Position numbers and translations under genes: made by a program. Shown in pieces: positions 23,709 to 36,830 of a DNA stretch of 60,532 nt. The stretch comes from Malacoraja senta. Lineage: Eukaryota. The stretch lies in contig JAXLNO010003819.1 of NCBI GenBank assembly GCA_038087875.1, positions 372,001 to 432,532 on the forward strand. Direction: 5' to 3'. Under the pieces are notes generated by a model, which was not told the origin of the DNA, did no database searches, and was given only the letters and a program-made list of their open reading frames with translations. The stretch's first letter is position 1. Every line of letters starts with the position of its first letter.

Positions 23709-23779
23709 GGATCGGTGGCTGAGGGGCAAGGCTTCGGTCTCGTAATCGAAGATCGTGGGTTCAAATCACGTCCGTGCCT
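23709..23779 (+). pseudogene. tRNA-Thr(CGT) pseudogene (decayed duplicate)
   Basis: 71-nt copy of 22929-23000 with acceptor-, D- and T-stem mismatches and a 1-nt deletion at the anticodon loop/stem. Confidence 0.8.
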
Positions 23780-24299
23780 GCAGTTGGTGACGTACCTTTA
23801 ATATTATACGTTGATCCGCCTGATCCCATTTCCAGATAGAATGACTGGTGCAGAGGGTCTTTCGTCGCCGGTCATCGTCGAAACGTCGCCTATTTCCTTC
23901 GCTCCATGGATGCTGCCTCACCCGATGAGATTCTCCAGCATTTTTGACTACCTGCGTAAGTCAATCGTTTGCTGGATTCTGTAGACTCGCAGTATAAAGC
24001 AGGAGTGATTTAGATGGGATTCAGTGGAGTAGTACTGAAGACCAAAATGAACCTCGGTATGGTATGGGTTAGAGCAGAACTACGCCCGTGTGCGCATGGC
24101 GTGAGGACGGCACTACATTTTTTTCCATCAGCACATACTGAGTAATTGCAGTAATTCAGACTGAAGAAGGATCTCGACCCGTAACGTCACCCATTCCGTA
24201 TCTCCATAGATGCTGCCTCACCCGCTGAATTGTTCCAGAGCCGACCACAAGTTGTACTGGGTTGTTAATCGTTAGGAAGATTGGAGATGGTGAATGGAG

Positions 24300-24555
24300 T
24301 AGGTGAGAACAGACTCTACGATGGCCGTTTAGAATTGGACCATCGTTGCCTGTGGCAGATTGTGCTTCCTCAGCTGCCGTGGGAAGTACATCCTCTGTTG
24401 TGCCATTTTGACTGTGGAGTCGATGGTAGCCCCCCCACTTAAGGTCCTTGGAGATGATGGTTCCCAGGAACTTAAAAGACTCCACGGATGTGACTGTGGT
24501 ATTGTTGATTGTGAGTAGGGTGAGGGGAGGGGGAGCTTTCCTAAAGTCTACAATC
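24300..24555 (-). mobile_element. Rex/Babar-type LINE fragment
   Basis: ORF MIVDFRK...TVTSVESFKFLGTIISKDLKW; nearly the same sequence occurs at 53450-54175. Confidence 0.7.
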
Positions 24556-25163
24556 AATGTGAACTTATTCTAGACATACAATTTTAGCAACGGCTATGAT
24601 ATAGGCAGAAGTCAAGCCTGGTACTATGGCTGGTGCTGCTATCAGAAGAGATGTACAGCGTACAGGATACAGTTTGGTTTGAAGTAGAGGTTTGAAGTAG
24701 TGCCCGTTTTAAGTGCCTTCAATATGATCAATTCATTGAAGCAAGAATGCTGGAGAAACTCAGCGGGTGAGGCAGCATATATGGAGCGAAGGAAATAGGC
24801 GATCTTTCGGTTCGAGACCTTACTTCAGAAAGGTCTTCTTCAGAAGAAAGGTTTATTCTTCAGAAGAAGGGTCTCGACACGAAACGTCGCCTATTACTTC
24901 GCTCCTTAGATGCTGCCTCACCCGGTGAGTCTCTCCAGCATTTTTTTCTTCCTTCGATTTTTCCAGCATCTGCAGTTCTTTATTAAACAATTCATTCAAG
25001 CATGTAGGTTTGTGAGCTAATTTGTTTTTCTCCGAGTCATGTAACTAACAATTTTAATGGTTTGAGCTATTTTTAGATTCAATGGTGTGATCTAATATAA
25101 AGAGATGTACTGCGGTAGTAATTTCACAATCGGCATTTTACCAGGACATCGTTCCAACGGATT

Positions 25164-28100
25164 ATGCACGCGCCTGGGAATGGACCTGTCTTCGCTATTT
25201 ATTATTCTGCCCTTGCTGCTTTCGGCGTTCCAGGTGAAGAGTGAAAATAGACTAAACGTGGACAACTAACGTGTAACCGTTCGTTGTTGAGTATTTTGAT
25301 TGTTCGATATATTACTCATGATTTCTTTTCAACTACCTACCGACTGTTACGACGACGAAGTGTATTCCTTCGATTATACCATTTTTGGTCGCGATGTTAA
25401 TTTCATTATATATTACTTGACCAGTTTCTGATGGCTGATTTAAAAATATTCTCTGATGCACGCAGAGATTGGTGCATGGCACGCACTTTTAGTTCAACAT
25501 CGCGTTACATTCAAACGTTTTTACCTCTAATGTTTATTCTTAAATTACTTTTAAATTACCTTTATCCTGTATATTTTCTTTGGAGACACAAGGGGCTGCA
25601 AATACTGGAATCTTGCAGCAAAACACAAAGTGCCGGAGTGGTTAGCTAGTCATCAGCATCTGTGGAGGTAATGAATAGGCAACTTATCGGGTCAGGATCT
25701 GAACCCTTGTTCTAAGCTGCTTGGGGTGGCGTTAGGGATCCGATAAGCAGAACAAGGGCACAAAGGACACATGGGCGAGGGATCCACCCGCGACAGCACG
25801 GGGATCTACGTTTACTGAATAAAGGACATTCTGGATAATCTACAGTGAAATGCCTCGGCGTGGAAGCAGATGCGGCTGTATTCGAGAGCAAAGGATGACA
25901 ATCTTGCAAGAGGCAGGATAGGAGGAAGGTCTGAAGATGGGCCCCGACCCAAAATGTCGCCGATTCGTTCTCCCTTACTCACCAAAGATGCTGCCTGACC
26001 CGCTGTGTTACTCCAGCACTTTTTGTTTTCCAGTGTATTTTCTTTATTTTGTACTTTGATTAAAATATGATAACTCTTACAGATATTGTGACTGTCTAAT
26101 CTAAACCATAAATGCGGCATCGTATTTATACATTTCTTATCCATAGCAGATTGGATTTCTATTTTACCAAGCTCTCCGACTTGTTGGTTGTCACAACTTT
26201 TTTTGAATTGTAGTTCTTATTGTAATCTATAAACTATCACCATCTTGATATTTTCAGGCGTTTTATTGTCGCCAGCCCAGTACCTATCTCATGCGTAGCG
26301 ACGTAATTACACGAACTGAACTCTGACATCGGTGTCTTAATTCAGAAAGTCATGATCTTTATTTCGGCCATGAATCCTTTCCGTATACCAAATGGTTTCG
26401 TTGTAATGGTATGTTTGTTAACTCGCTTTAATAACGAGATATTGCCTCCCCCCTCCCCGTGGAAACTTCTGCTGGCAAAGGATGTCGTGTTTAGAAATGG
26501 AAGTTGAGAAGCTGCAACTTTCCACTCAGAAACTGGCTGGAATGGTAAAGTATGATTACATAGAACTATTGTGAACGGGTGTTCGATGGTTGGCGTGGTT
26601 GGTAGGATGAAAGGGCTCTTTCCACGATGTAGCTCTGATATAAACTGAACGACGAAACATGAGATGGAAAATATCTTGAAATATTTGCCAACGTTCATGT
26701 TTGCGGGACCTCTTGGGCCACTGGCATGCCCTTCATCGAAGGAATCGTTACGACGACGTTTCGGATGGAGCGGACCCTTCGTCCGCTTCGAAGGAGTCGT
26801 TACGATGAAGCTTTGTCAGATTTATGCGTGACCCTCCATCGCTGGTGGTAGTTTTTTACATGAAGAACATCTATCTTCATTAAGTGTTTTCATGTAAACT
26901 GGTTACATTCCATGGACTGTTTTCTGGTGTATTAAATGATTCATTGGTTCTGCGATAATTGGGCTCGTATCACACGCATGAAATGAATTAGTTGATTATA
27001 CGCGCGAACTTGGAATTATTTTTATCGCTTTTGTGTGGAGCTCGTCAAATGGGCAAATTTAAGGCGGAAGTCGACAGATTACGGAATAGTAAGTGTGTCA
27101 AGGGTTATGGGGAGAATGCATGTGAATGAGGTTGAGAAGTAAAGATTGATCAGCCACGATTCAATGGTCGAATAGACTGGATCAGCCAGCAAAGTTAGAA
27201 TGCGTTGCATTTTCTAGCGGCGAAGCTAATTATTAATAACCCGGTCTCTCCCTCTGTCCTGCAGCGAATTTGGTGACGATTGTGATTCTATGCAAAGGAA
27301 GATGCGGCCTCTCCAAATGTATCACTCGCTACCTGGTGTCCATGGCGGTGATGGACTTCCTGGTCATCATCACCGCCGTGATCCTAAGCCGGCTTCGTGC
27401 TATTTATTTCCCGACCACAGTCCTGTCTACCATTCCGAGCTGCAAGGTCCTTATTGTCCTCAGCTGGATTTCAAAAGACACTTCCGTCTGGTTGACGGTC
27501 GCTTTCACCTTCGATCGGTTCATCGCCATTTGCTGTCAGAAACTGAAACTAATATATTGCACCGAGAAAATCGCGGCGGGTGTTATTGCAACGGTCTGCG
27601 CGTTAGGCTGTTTGAAGAACGTCCCATTTTATTTTATATATGAGCCAATCTATATAATTGATAATGTACCCTGGTTTTGCACCATAACAGATTCGTACTA
27701 CACTTCCATTGCATGGATAGTGTATGATTGTCTACACCGCGTTTTGAACCCATGCCTCCCTTTCCTACTAATTCTGTTGCTCAATGTTCTGACGGTCAGA
27801 CACATTCTAGCTGTCAGTGCAGCCCGCAAAAGGCTCCGGGCCCAGACCAAAGGTGAAAAACAGAGTGACCCGGAAATGGAGAGTCGGCGGAAGTCTATCA
27901 TTCTACTCATGGCGATCTCGGGCAGTTTTATGCTGTTGCGATTGACATATGTCGCAAACTTTCTCTTTGTACAAATTACAAGCAGCGGTTATGCAACCCG
28001 TTCCAATTCCAATGACCCCAAGTTTATTCTCCAAGAAAGTGGATACATGCTGGAGATACTCAGTTCTTGTACCAACTCGTGTATTTACGGGGGGACACAG

Positions 28101-28172
28101 ACTAAGTTTAGAGTGCAGTTGCAGGAAGTGGTTAAATATCCTTTCCATCTAATTCGCAAGCGGTTAAAATAG
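25164..28172 (+). CDS. GPR139/GPR142-like class A GPCR (GPCR2), 2 exons, 325 aa, intact
   Basis: Exon 1 25164-25233 (MHAPGNGPVFAIYYSALAAFGVP, G|GT). Exon 2 27265-28172 (ANLVTIVILCKG...FTFDRFIAICC...NSCIY...RLK*). Seven hydrophobic segments, TM3 DRF, ECL2 Cys. The phase-1 intron in P-A|N of TM1 is where I recall the GPR139 intron lying. Confidence 0.9.
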
Positions 28173-28399
28173 ACTGCAAACATTTATCTCTACAACAACA
28201 ATGAGCATTGTCAGTGTAACGGAGCTTGAGAGTTATATTATATTTTTCGTCCTTACTGTTAATGTGAGCTGGTCATGTATGCTATGTACCCCGCCCTAGC
28301 GGGCACACCAATGAAATGGCAAATGCAAGTTTACACCTCAGGGTCTAAACATCTGAAATAAAAGTATGTTAAATTCCAAGTATATTTCCTGTTCATGCT

Positions 28400-28845
28400 G
28401 TTACGGGGGTATTCTGATGCCAAGTTATAATAATCTCCTCTCTCTCCGTGTGATCCATATCCCTACTTTCCTTGCATATCCACGTGTCTATCTACAACCA
28501 TCTTGTACGTCACTATCCGATTTGCCTCGAACACCCCCTTGGCAACGCGTTCCAGGCACCCACCGTCCTCCGTGTTAAAAACCCCATCTCCGATAAACAT
28601 TGCCGTTAACATTTCCACCCGGGGAAAAAGGTTCTGACTGTCAGCCCTATCTACGCCTCTTATACTATCAGGTCTCCCCTGAGCCACCGACGTTCAAGAT
28701 ATACCAATCCAAATTGGTCCAACCTACTCTTGTAGCTAATACCCTCTAGTCCATTCTGGCAAACCTCATCTGCACCACTGTAAAGCCTCCCTCTCTTTCC
28801 TGAAACGGGGCGGCCTGAACTGCACGCAATACCCCAACATAGACA
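28400..28845 (-). mobile_element. CR1 LINE fragment
   Basis: Decayed motifs LDQFGLVYLERRWLRGDLI and RGVDRADSQNLFPRVE. Confidence 0.7.
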
Positions 28846-29289
28846 CAACAAGCGGGAGTAACTCAGCGGGACAGGCAGCAACTCTGGAGAGAAGGAATGG
28901 GTGACGTTTCGAGAACCTTCTTCAGACAAGACTTGCAATTTTTTTATACTCCATGCCCAGACCGTTGAAGTTATTTTCTGAATCTGTGGTTATTCGCTTT
29001 ATAACGCGAAAAATGATTGTGCGGAGTGCGTGAGACAATACGTATTTTGCGAGACATTACCCTGTGTAATGTGCACTCTGTCAATGTCTGCTGCTGCTGA
29101 AAGTGAGATAGACCCGTCCGCATTTACCTCAGCATTTAAACCTGATAAATTTCCTCCAATTCATAATTTAATGTACAACTTACACTGGAAGTGTACAACA
29201 TAACACATGTCGAGACGTAGCCCACAGGATTGGGCCTGGGACGGAAGACATGTAACCACACGTATGACGTAACATTGTAAGTGATAAAA

Positions 29290-29743
29290 TGGTTCATTTT
29301 AATAATAGTGGCAATGTCTGACCTGCTCCGCCTGGTTCGGCAGAACCCGCGGCCGGTCCCTGGGTCGACGGAAACCGCGCCTCGGGCCTGGGTCGGCGCC
29401 AATGAGACGTCAGTAGGAGACCCGGTGGCGACAGTCGAGAAGTCGGTGCGACGTTCGATGAGGGCGCCGGCCGATGCACGAGGACGGACCACGTGGGATT
29501 GAGGACGATGCTGCTTGGGGGATGACGAAGGAGGACCCGGCGTGGAGGGACCGTCGTGAAGCAGGGAGGGGGGAGAACAATGGAGGAACCGGCGTGTGGG
29601 TGGGGGGTTTGGGGTGGGAACAAAGGAGGACCTGGCGCGGGATGATTTGTAACTTTGTCGGCGACTCTTTATGTGGCGACTATTGCATACCTTGGGTATG
29701 CAGGAAAGGATTTTCACCGTGACTTGTCACGTGACAATAAAGT

Positions 29744-29775
<32 letters not shown>
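29290..29775 (+). mobile_element. Retroposon 3' end with (GATT)n tail
   Basis: GC-rich body ending gtgacaataaagtattgattgattgattga; a similar tail occurs at about 2950-2990. Confidence 0.55.
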
Positions 29776-29779
<4 letters not shown>

Positions 29780-30029
29780 ATGGATTCAATCATTCAAATA
29801 AAAGGAACGGAAATGTAAATAACATGTTCTACGATCCCAGGAGAAACGTCAGAGAGATTAGTTGAATATCTATCCACGCAGCGTTTGCAAAACATTGCAA
29901 ACATCCGTAAAATTCAGGCTGCATTTGAAAGGATTTGATGTGTAGGAAAGAACTGCAGATGCTGGTTTAAAACGAAGGTAGAAACAAAATGCTGGAGTAA
30001 CTCAGCAGGACATGCAGCATCTCTGGAGA

Positions 30030-30575
30030 AAAAAAAGATATTTGTTTTGAGAATATTACCAGTGTAGTACAGGGGAAAGAGCAGCTTGAATCTGTCCGAA
30101 TGGAAAGAGACTGGAATAGATTTACGAGGATGTTGCAAGGACACGAGGGCATGAGCTATAGGGAGAGATTGGACAGGCTGCGACTTTATACGGTGCACTG
30201 CTGGCGGCTGAGTGTTGATCCAAACGTGGTGGACAAAATCACGAGTGCAAGGGACAGGGTGAATGGACAAAGCTTCACAGGGTAGGGGAATCAAAAACGA
30301 GGAGGGATAGTTTTAAGGTGAGATTGAGTAGGAACTTGAACGGCATTTTTGCACCCAGATTGTGGTGGGCTTATGGACCGAGCTGCCAGGGGAGGTCGTG
30401 GAGGCAACTACTACAACAACATTTCAAACGGATTTGGACAATAGGATTCACCAAATAGGACAATTTCGACACAGGATAGGATACGGGGGAAAACAGGCAA
30501 ATGCAGGCAAATATTACAAGGGGTATCTTTGTCGACTTGGGCTAACTGGGCCGAAGGGCTTATATCGGATGGTGT
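30030..30575 (+). mobile_element. CR1 LINE fragment
   Basis: RFTRMLQGHEGMSYRERLDRLRLY motif. Confidence 0.7.
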
Positions 30576-32057
30576 GGCTCTGATGCTATATCGGGCATTT
30601 GCGCATTCAAAACGTTTTAACCATGCTACTCCCGGGATATTATTATGCAAGAGTAAACACATGAGATCGACAATAATGCATATAATGGCAGTCTTTACGA
30701 CATTCTCAAAGTCCAACTTCGATAGCCATTACTCCTCGGCAATGGGTGGGAGGTATACTTTACGCACTCACGACACACTTAAGACAGTAAAAACGAATCT
30801 TCCAAACGTTGTTTCTTGATTACTTAGTCTTTTATTGAAGTAGTACATAGCAAATAAATAATCCGTCACTCTCCGTTCTTAATCGCTGATCCATTAAAGT
30901 CACATAAATCATATGAAATGTCTTCCTATAAAAGTATGTCGTCTCATTCACTTGCGCGTGTCGTGATCATGTCATATGTGTGTGGTAAAAAACTGTATTT
31001 TCATCATCCTTCCGAGACCCAACTGACTCCTAATCTATGAGTCTGCTCTAGTCTCTTCTAGAAATAGACACACCCCTTCAACGTATCAAATCCCACCTAC
31101 AAACGTACGGGCAGATAAAAACGAAAATATTAAAAATGTTAGACATCGCTATAATATACTGACTTAGGCTTAATGGCTCCTACAATGTAGTTATGTGCAG
31201 AGGGGAAACAAAGAGGAGGGTTAAGATTATTTTACTGAGTGATGGCGAATGACTATCTGTAGGATGTTACAATTTTTTCAGATCTTAAAAATCAAGCCTA
31301 TAATTTATCCCATCAGATAAAGCTTAAAAATAACTTTAATTTGATATCCAATCCACTTTCATATCTTCAGTAGTAAAAAAATCGTGGTCATTTTCATACT
31401 CGGAAATTTGCAACTTGTTCCCTTTTACTTTTCCATTAACTTAACACAAAGAACTGTGATCGAGGATAGTCAATTGACATAAAAGCCAATGACTTTCTTA
31501 AAAATTAAGAGAACTGAATGAAATTTTCAGTTATTATAGATTGATAGATTCTAAAACAAATATGATACAACTTACTTGGATGGTCTGAAATTAAAGTATA
31601 TAATTAGTTAATTACCTAATTACGTAGCTAATTACAAAAATAAGTTGTGACAGAAATAATAATAAACACCCAAACTGACTTGAAAATTCCAAAATGTGAT
31701 ATTCTCAAGATCAGAAATTTAATATTATTATAACGTTAAAACAAATAGTAAATACCCAACAAAAAACATATTCATCAGTGTCATCAAATCAATTAAATTA
31801 ATCTAAATCAATTACTAGGTCTAAACATCTATCCCGTTCTTAAGAAAAGGCTAAAAATAAAATTGTAAACAGCCACAGTATCCAAATAACAAACTGATCC
31901 CATTTAAACAAGAAGTCACAATATAACATGATTTTCAAATCTCACTTTGTCATGAATTACTATGCCAAATGGAAGGAATTGAATGTTCAATTCCAATAAA
32001 TGTTACTCTTTCTCACTGCAGCAGGCAAGTGCCGTTTTCACGGACAATTTGTTCAAA

Positions 32058-32348
32058 TTCTAGAAACATCCACGCTCAAGATAATCAAAATAATTATTTG
32101 TTTGCACAATCATGTCATAAGAACATCTAAATTATCTGTATTTTGTGTTATTGTCTATCCACGATCAATATTTTCATACTCAACATCTCACTACAACTTT
32201 ACTGTAGAAGTTTTCAGATATTTAGTATGAAAATATTGATCATGGATAGACAATAACACAAAATATAGACGACTTAGATGTTCTTATGACAGGATTGTGC
32301 AAAGAAAAATAACTGAATTTGATTATCTTGAAAGTGGCTGTTTCTGGA
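32058..32348. repeat. Long imperfect inverted repeat (about 130-bp arms) inside an AT-rich, probably transposon-derived 1.1-kb block
   Basis: Arms about 32058-32187 and 32217-32348, e.g. gtcataagaacatctaa / ttagatgttcttatgac and gatcaatattttcatact / agtatgaaaatattgatc. Confidence 0.8.
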
Positions 32349-33521
32349 TTGTGGTCGATCGGAATGTGGCCGCAACATTTATGATTTCAGCCCCCTATCG
32401 GCAGGCAAGACACGGCCGATATAGTATCGGGGCCTCAATTACGTTTTTCGCATCATCAGATTAAAATGAAACCACACCAAAAAGCAAGAAAAGATGTTAA
32501 ATAAACGACATTCCTTTTGTTTTGTCCTGCACTTGCGATCCGTGATGTTGAAGGCGTTGAAGGCGTTTGAAGTCGCGTTCAACTTCAATCCAGCGATGCA
32601 ATCGACCAGCAACTTAAAAGAAAAACGGGGGCGGTATCGTACATCGATTTGTCTTCATCACCTTGAAGTCCGAGCAAATTCCTCTCCTACAACCAATACA
32701 AACCTGCATTTTAATAATCCCCCCAAACAGCCTAGAGAATCGCACGCACAGGCAGTGGGAAGATCTGGAGCGCCAGTGATGGTGGGGTTTTGTAACAAAG
32801 CTACTATCTGAATACCGTGAGTTGCTTTGTATCATGCTGGATTATACCAAAGATAGACACAAAATGTGGGTGGGCATCATCTCTAGACAAAATTACTAGA
32901 TGACGTTTCGGGACTGAACGCTTTTTGAGACTGAACGTAGAAGTAGGCGGAGAGGAAATAAATTGGCGTCGAGAAAAAGCCAGAAAAAAATCAAGGCCGG
33001 CAACAAATGAACTCAGGAAGTGTGGAGTCCATAATGGCGCATTGTTGGCTGGAGAAGGTGTGATACAAGGATGCGAACTGTTGCATTGTATCATGTTGGA
33101 AATGTATAGACCCTGCTGTCCAGAGGGAACATATATTCAATGCCACCGTTAATTGTGTAACCGTGCATAAGTCTCGGTAAGAAATTGATTGTCTTATTAC
33201 CCATTTCGCCTCGAGGTTATGTAGGTTTTTAAAGTCCCTCCGGCCAAATCAGTGTCCAGTCCTTTTTGCCATGCCTTCGGGGATTGCGGGGCAGGGGAGG
33301 TTAGAGCACGTGCATTGATACCGCTACGTGCACAGGATTCGAGCCTCGGCCGCGTTTATCATTGAGTTTCAGTCTGAGTTCAGTTTATTTTTGGATATAC
33401 GATTCTATCAACGTCCTGACAGTGTACTGTATTTACAAATATTTTCGGTATTAACACCATAAACTTGTCAAATTTTTAGAAAGGCGACGTGATGAAAATT
33501 AGTTACATTGATGTTCATTAT

Positions 33522-33583
33522 TTCACAGCACCGTTGGACATTATTTTAGAAATTCACAGCACCGTTGGACATTATTTTAGAAA
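33522..33583. repeat. Exact 31-bp tandem duplication
   Basis: ttcacagcaccgttggacattattttagaaa x2. Confidence 0.9.
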
Positions 33584-34239
33584 GAGGCAGTTAACTTTTT
33601 AGTTTCGACGAGCATAAATCTGCATAACCCAGTCACGCTGATGAAGAAGATATGGAATGCATCCAGCCCGTTCTACAAATCAAATTATCAATGCCTTGCA
33701 CTTAATGCTGGGTTCTTGCCTTACGCGAATCTTTGCGGTGGCGCGGATGTCAATGTATAGCGTTGGCTCCATGCTGTTCTTCGGATCCATGTCAGCATAG
33801 CCTGGACCAATGAACCTCGCCAACGGGGAGACCTACTGTTTATCTTAACACGCGACTGAAGCGCGTGCAATTCGGCGGCATTTTAGTTTCCATCTGAGTC
33901 AGGGAACCAGTCAATTCAGGGAACTTAGTTATGGACAGCAGATGGTTTCTTACGAATAATACTCAAATAACACACAGACAAATCTGAAATCGAGGACGAT
34001 TTTATTTTGGAACTTTGTACTGTCAGAGTCTAACGCTTATTTCGTACCCGGTTTTATTGTCACAAGGCTATATCATCCATTGGCTTACTGCAGATAGCAC
34101 ACATTAACCTAAAGCGGACAATCATATATGAATGAGCAGCCTGCATACGGTTACAAGGATGTAAACTTTTTATTTTTTATTTTTACAATTACCATGAGAT
34201 GCAGGGGCGTGCATTGACGGTCTTTCCACTTACTTGATT

Positions 34240-36830
34240 ATGTTAATCAGCTTGAAGGGTATGTGACCGCATTTTTCAACTGCTCTCTGAATTTGGTCTG
34301 CGTTCCCGCATAAATACACGAGTTGGTGCAGGAACTGAGAAGTTCCAGCATATATCCGCTTTCTTGAAGAATAAACCTCTGGTCAGTGGAATTGGAACTG
34401 TTGGCATGGTTATTGCTTGAAAACTGCACAAACAGAAAGTTGACAACGAACGTCAGGCGCAGCAGCATGAAAGTACCCGAGATGGCGAAGAGTAAAATGA
34501 TGGACTTCCTCCTGCTCTCCATCTCTGGGTCTCTCTGGTTGTCTCCGTTGTCCTGGGCTCGGAGCCTCTTGCGGGCTCCACTGGCCGCCAGGATGTGTCT
34601 GACTGCAGAGCGTTTAGTAGCAAAATCAGAAGGAAAGGGAGACATGGGTTTAATATACGATGCAGCCAGTCATAAACTCGCCAGGAAGTTGAAGTATAAT
34701 AGATTTCTTTTATACTGCAATAACAGGGCACCTTATCGATAACATACAAGGGCTCATAAACAAAGTAAAGCGTTATTTTTTTGAAACAGACAAGCGCGCA
34801 GACTACTCCAATAACTGCAGCCGCCGTTTTCTCCGTACAATAACCGTGCTTCAGTCGCTGGCAGGAAACGGCGAAGGTGAACGCGACAGTTAACCAAACG
34901 GAAGTGTCTTTGCAAGCCCAGCTGACTGCAATAACGACACTGCAGGCCGGATTTGTTGCCAGGAAACTAAGCGCGAAATAAATAGGCCGGAGCCGGCTCA
35001 ATATCACAGCTGCGATAATGACCAGGAGATCCGACATCGCCATGAACACCAGGTAGCGAGTGATGCATTTGGAAAGGCCGCATCTTCCCTGGGAGAGAAT
35101 CACGATCGTCACCAGATTGGCTGTGAAACAAAGAGAAATACGATGGAGTTATTCATCATAATTCCGGCCGCGTCGCCAGTTTATAGAAACGTAGAAACGA
35201 AATTCAGTCCTGGTGAAATTTACTGTGGTTGAAAATAATACTCGCGAGGCTTTGTGCTCCCCCCATCTCTTTTTCAGCTTCCTCTTCCCCCTACAATCAG
35301 ATGAAAGAAGAGTCCCGACACGAAACTTTCGCCTCTCCACGCCCTCCAGAGACGCCGCCTGACCCGTTTATCAATTAAAATGACCACACCCAATGCAAAC
35401 GTTGCCACATAGCTTAACTTAGTATTATTTGGTTTTAAATGTTTATGGTTTAGAACGGAAGAAATTGAAAAAAAAAAGCATGTAAATAATATTAAATTGG
35501 GAAAATACATACATTCGAAAGTAAGCAGTGGAACCTGACCCAGGTAACCAATGACAAACATGAATAAAATTATCTGGTGATAATAGACCTATCTAATAGT
35601 TGCCTAAATTTGCCATGACCTATTGAGGCACAAGATACAAAACTTAGGCAAACTTCATTCATACTATGTATATTCCGATAGTAAAACAGGGTTCTGATAC
35701 AAAATTTAACCAGACCGAGGAGAGTGGATATGGAATTCCGGCGCGTTCACCAAGATCTCGCAAACAGCACCGAAGATTGAAGCGTTCGCCATTGCCATCC
35801 TGACACTTTTCTATTTGCACTTTCTCTGCCTTTGCAATACTTTATTCTGCACTCTGCTGTTTATTTTCCCTTGAGCACTAACTATTGTACACTTGAATGG
35901 TATGAGTTGCCTGCATATCATGCATCACAAATTATTCCACTGTATCTCCGTACACGGCAATAATATATCAATAACTATAATATATCAATACCAGTAAAGG
36001 TTTTCCCTGTAGCGCGGTACACGTGACAATGCACTAAACTCAAATACAGTTACCGATTAAGTTACTTTCCGGTTTTTGTGGGGAGAGGTTGACTTTGCCG
36101 GAGATAATTATCCCGCATGGTATATAATGACCCCATCGGATTCTGGACGCATAGAAGCGGACCGGCTTCAGTTTAACATCTTACAGGAAAATGAACATAT
36201 GGAAGCTGCTTTATCAAAAAAAAAAGTATAAACGGAGATATTTTAAAAATATTCCCTTTTTCCAGAGATGCTGCCTGACCGGCTTACTTACTCCAGCTTT
36301 TTGTGCCTGTCTTTGGTTTAAACCAGCATCTGCAGTTCCTCCCTTCACAGACATGCGAAGTCTGATACAGAAAATTCGTTTAAAGCACGAAGACTGCATA
36401 CGCTGCGCTGGCGGCAACGACGCCATTCAAATAAGTGCATATTGCAATGCCTGCCTTTGTTACCAACAGAACGAATCGAACGAATGTTAATCTGAAAACG
36501 GAATAGTATAATTGAATGCATTCTCCGTATTGAGACACTAGATTGTACCAATTAAAATGTCCAGATGAGTAAAAATTGGGGAATCTGGGCGTCGATTACA
36601 AAGTAAGACAGGTGAAAGGAAAATAAACTTTCAAATTAACAAAGCTTTTCACTGTACGTGACAATAAATAAACTTATCTAACCGTTCTAACAAGGGACCT
36701 GCAACTGGATGTTACACGGTTTAACTTGGGTTTCCGCTATTCGTTTACTGGGATTTTTACGTGGCAAGCCAAACGTCGCAAGAGTAGTGCAATAAACGGC
36801 AAAGACTGGTCCATTTCCAGGCGCGTGCAT
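34240..36830 (-). pseudogene. GPR139/GPR142-like GPCR pseudogene (GPCR3)
   Basis: Exon 1 36830-36761 (MHAPGNGPVFAVYCTTLATFGLP). Exon 2 starts at 35120 (NLVTIVILSQG). 12-nt deletion removes the DRF motif; a 1-nt deletion near 34605 frameshifts LLNAL|TVRHIL; a second frameshift lies near the C-terminus. Confidence 0.9.

Noticed and set aside
36071-36079. Isolated consensus nonamer (ggtttttgt)
   Set aside because: No heptamer at 12- or 23-bp spacing.
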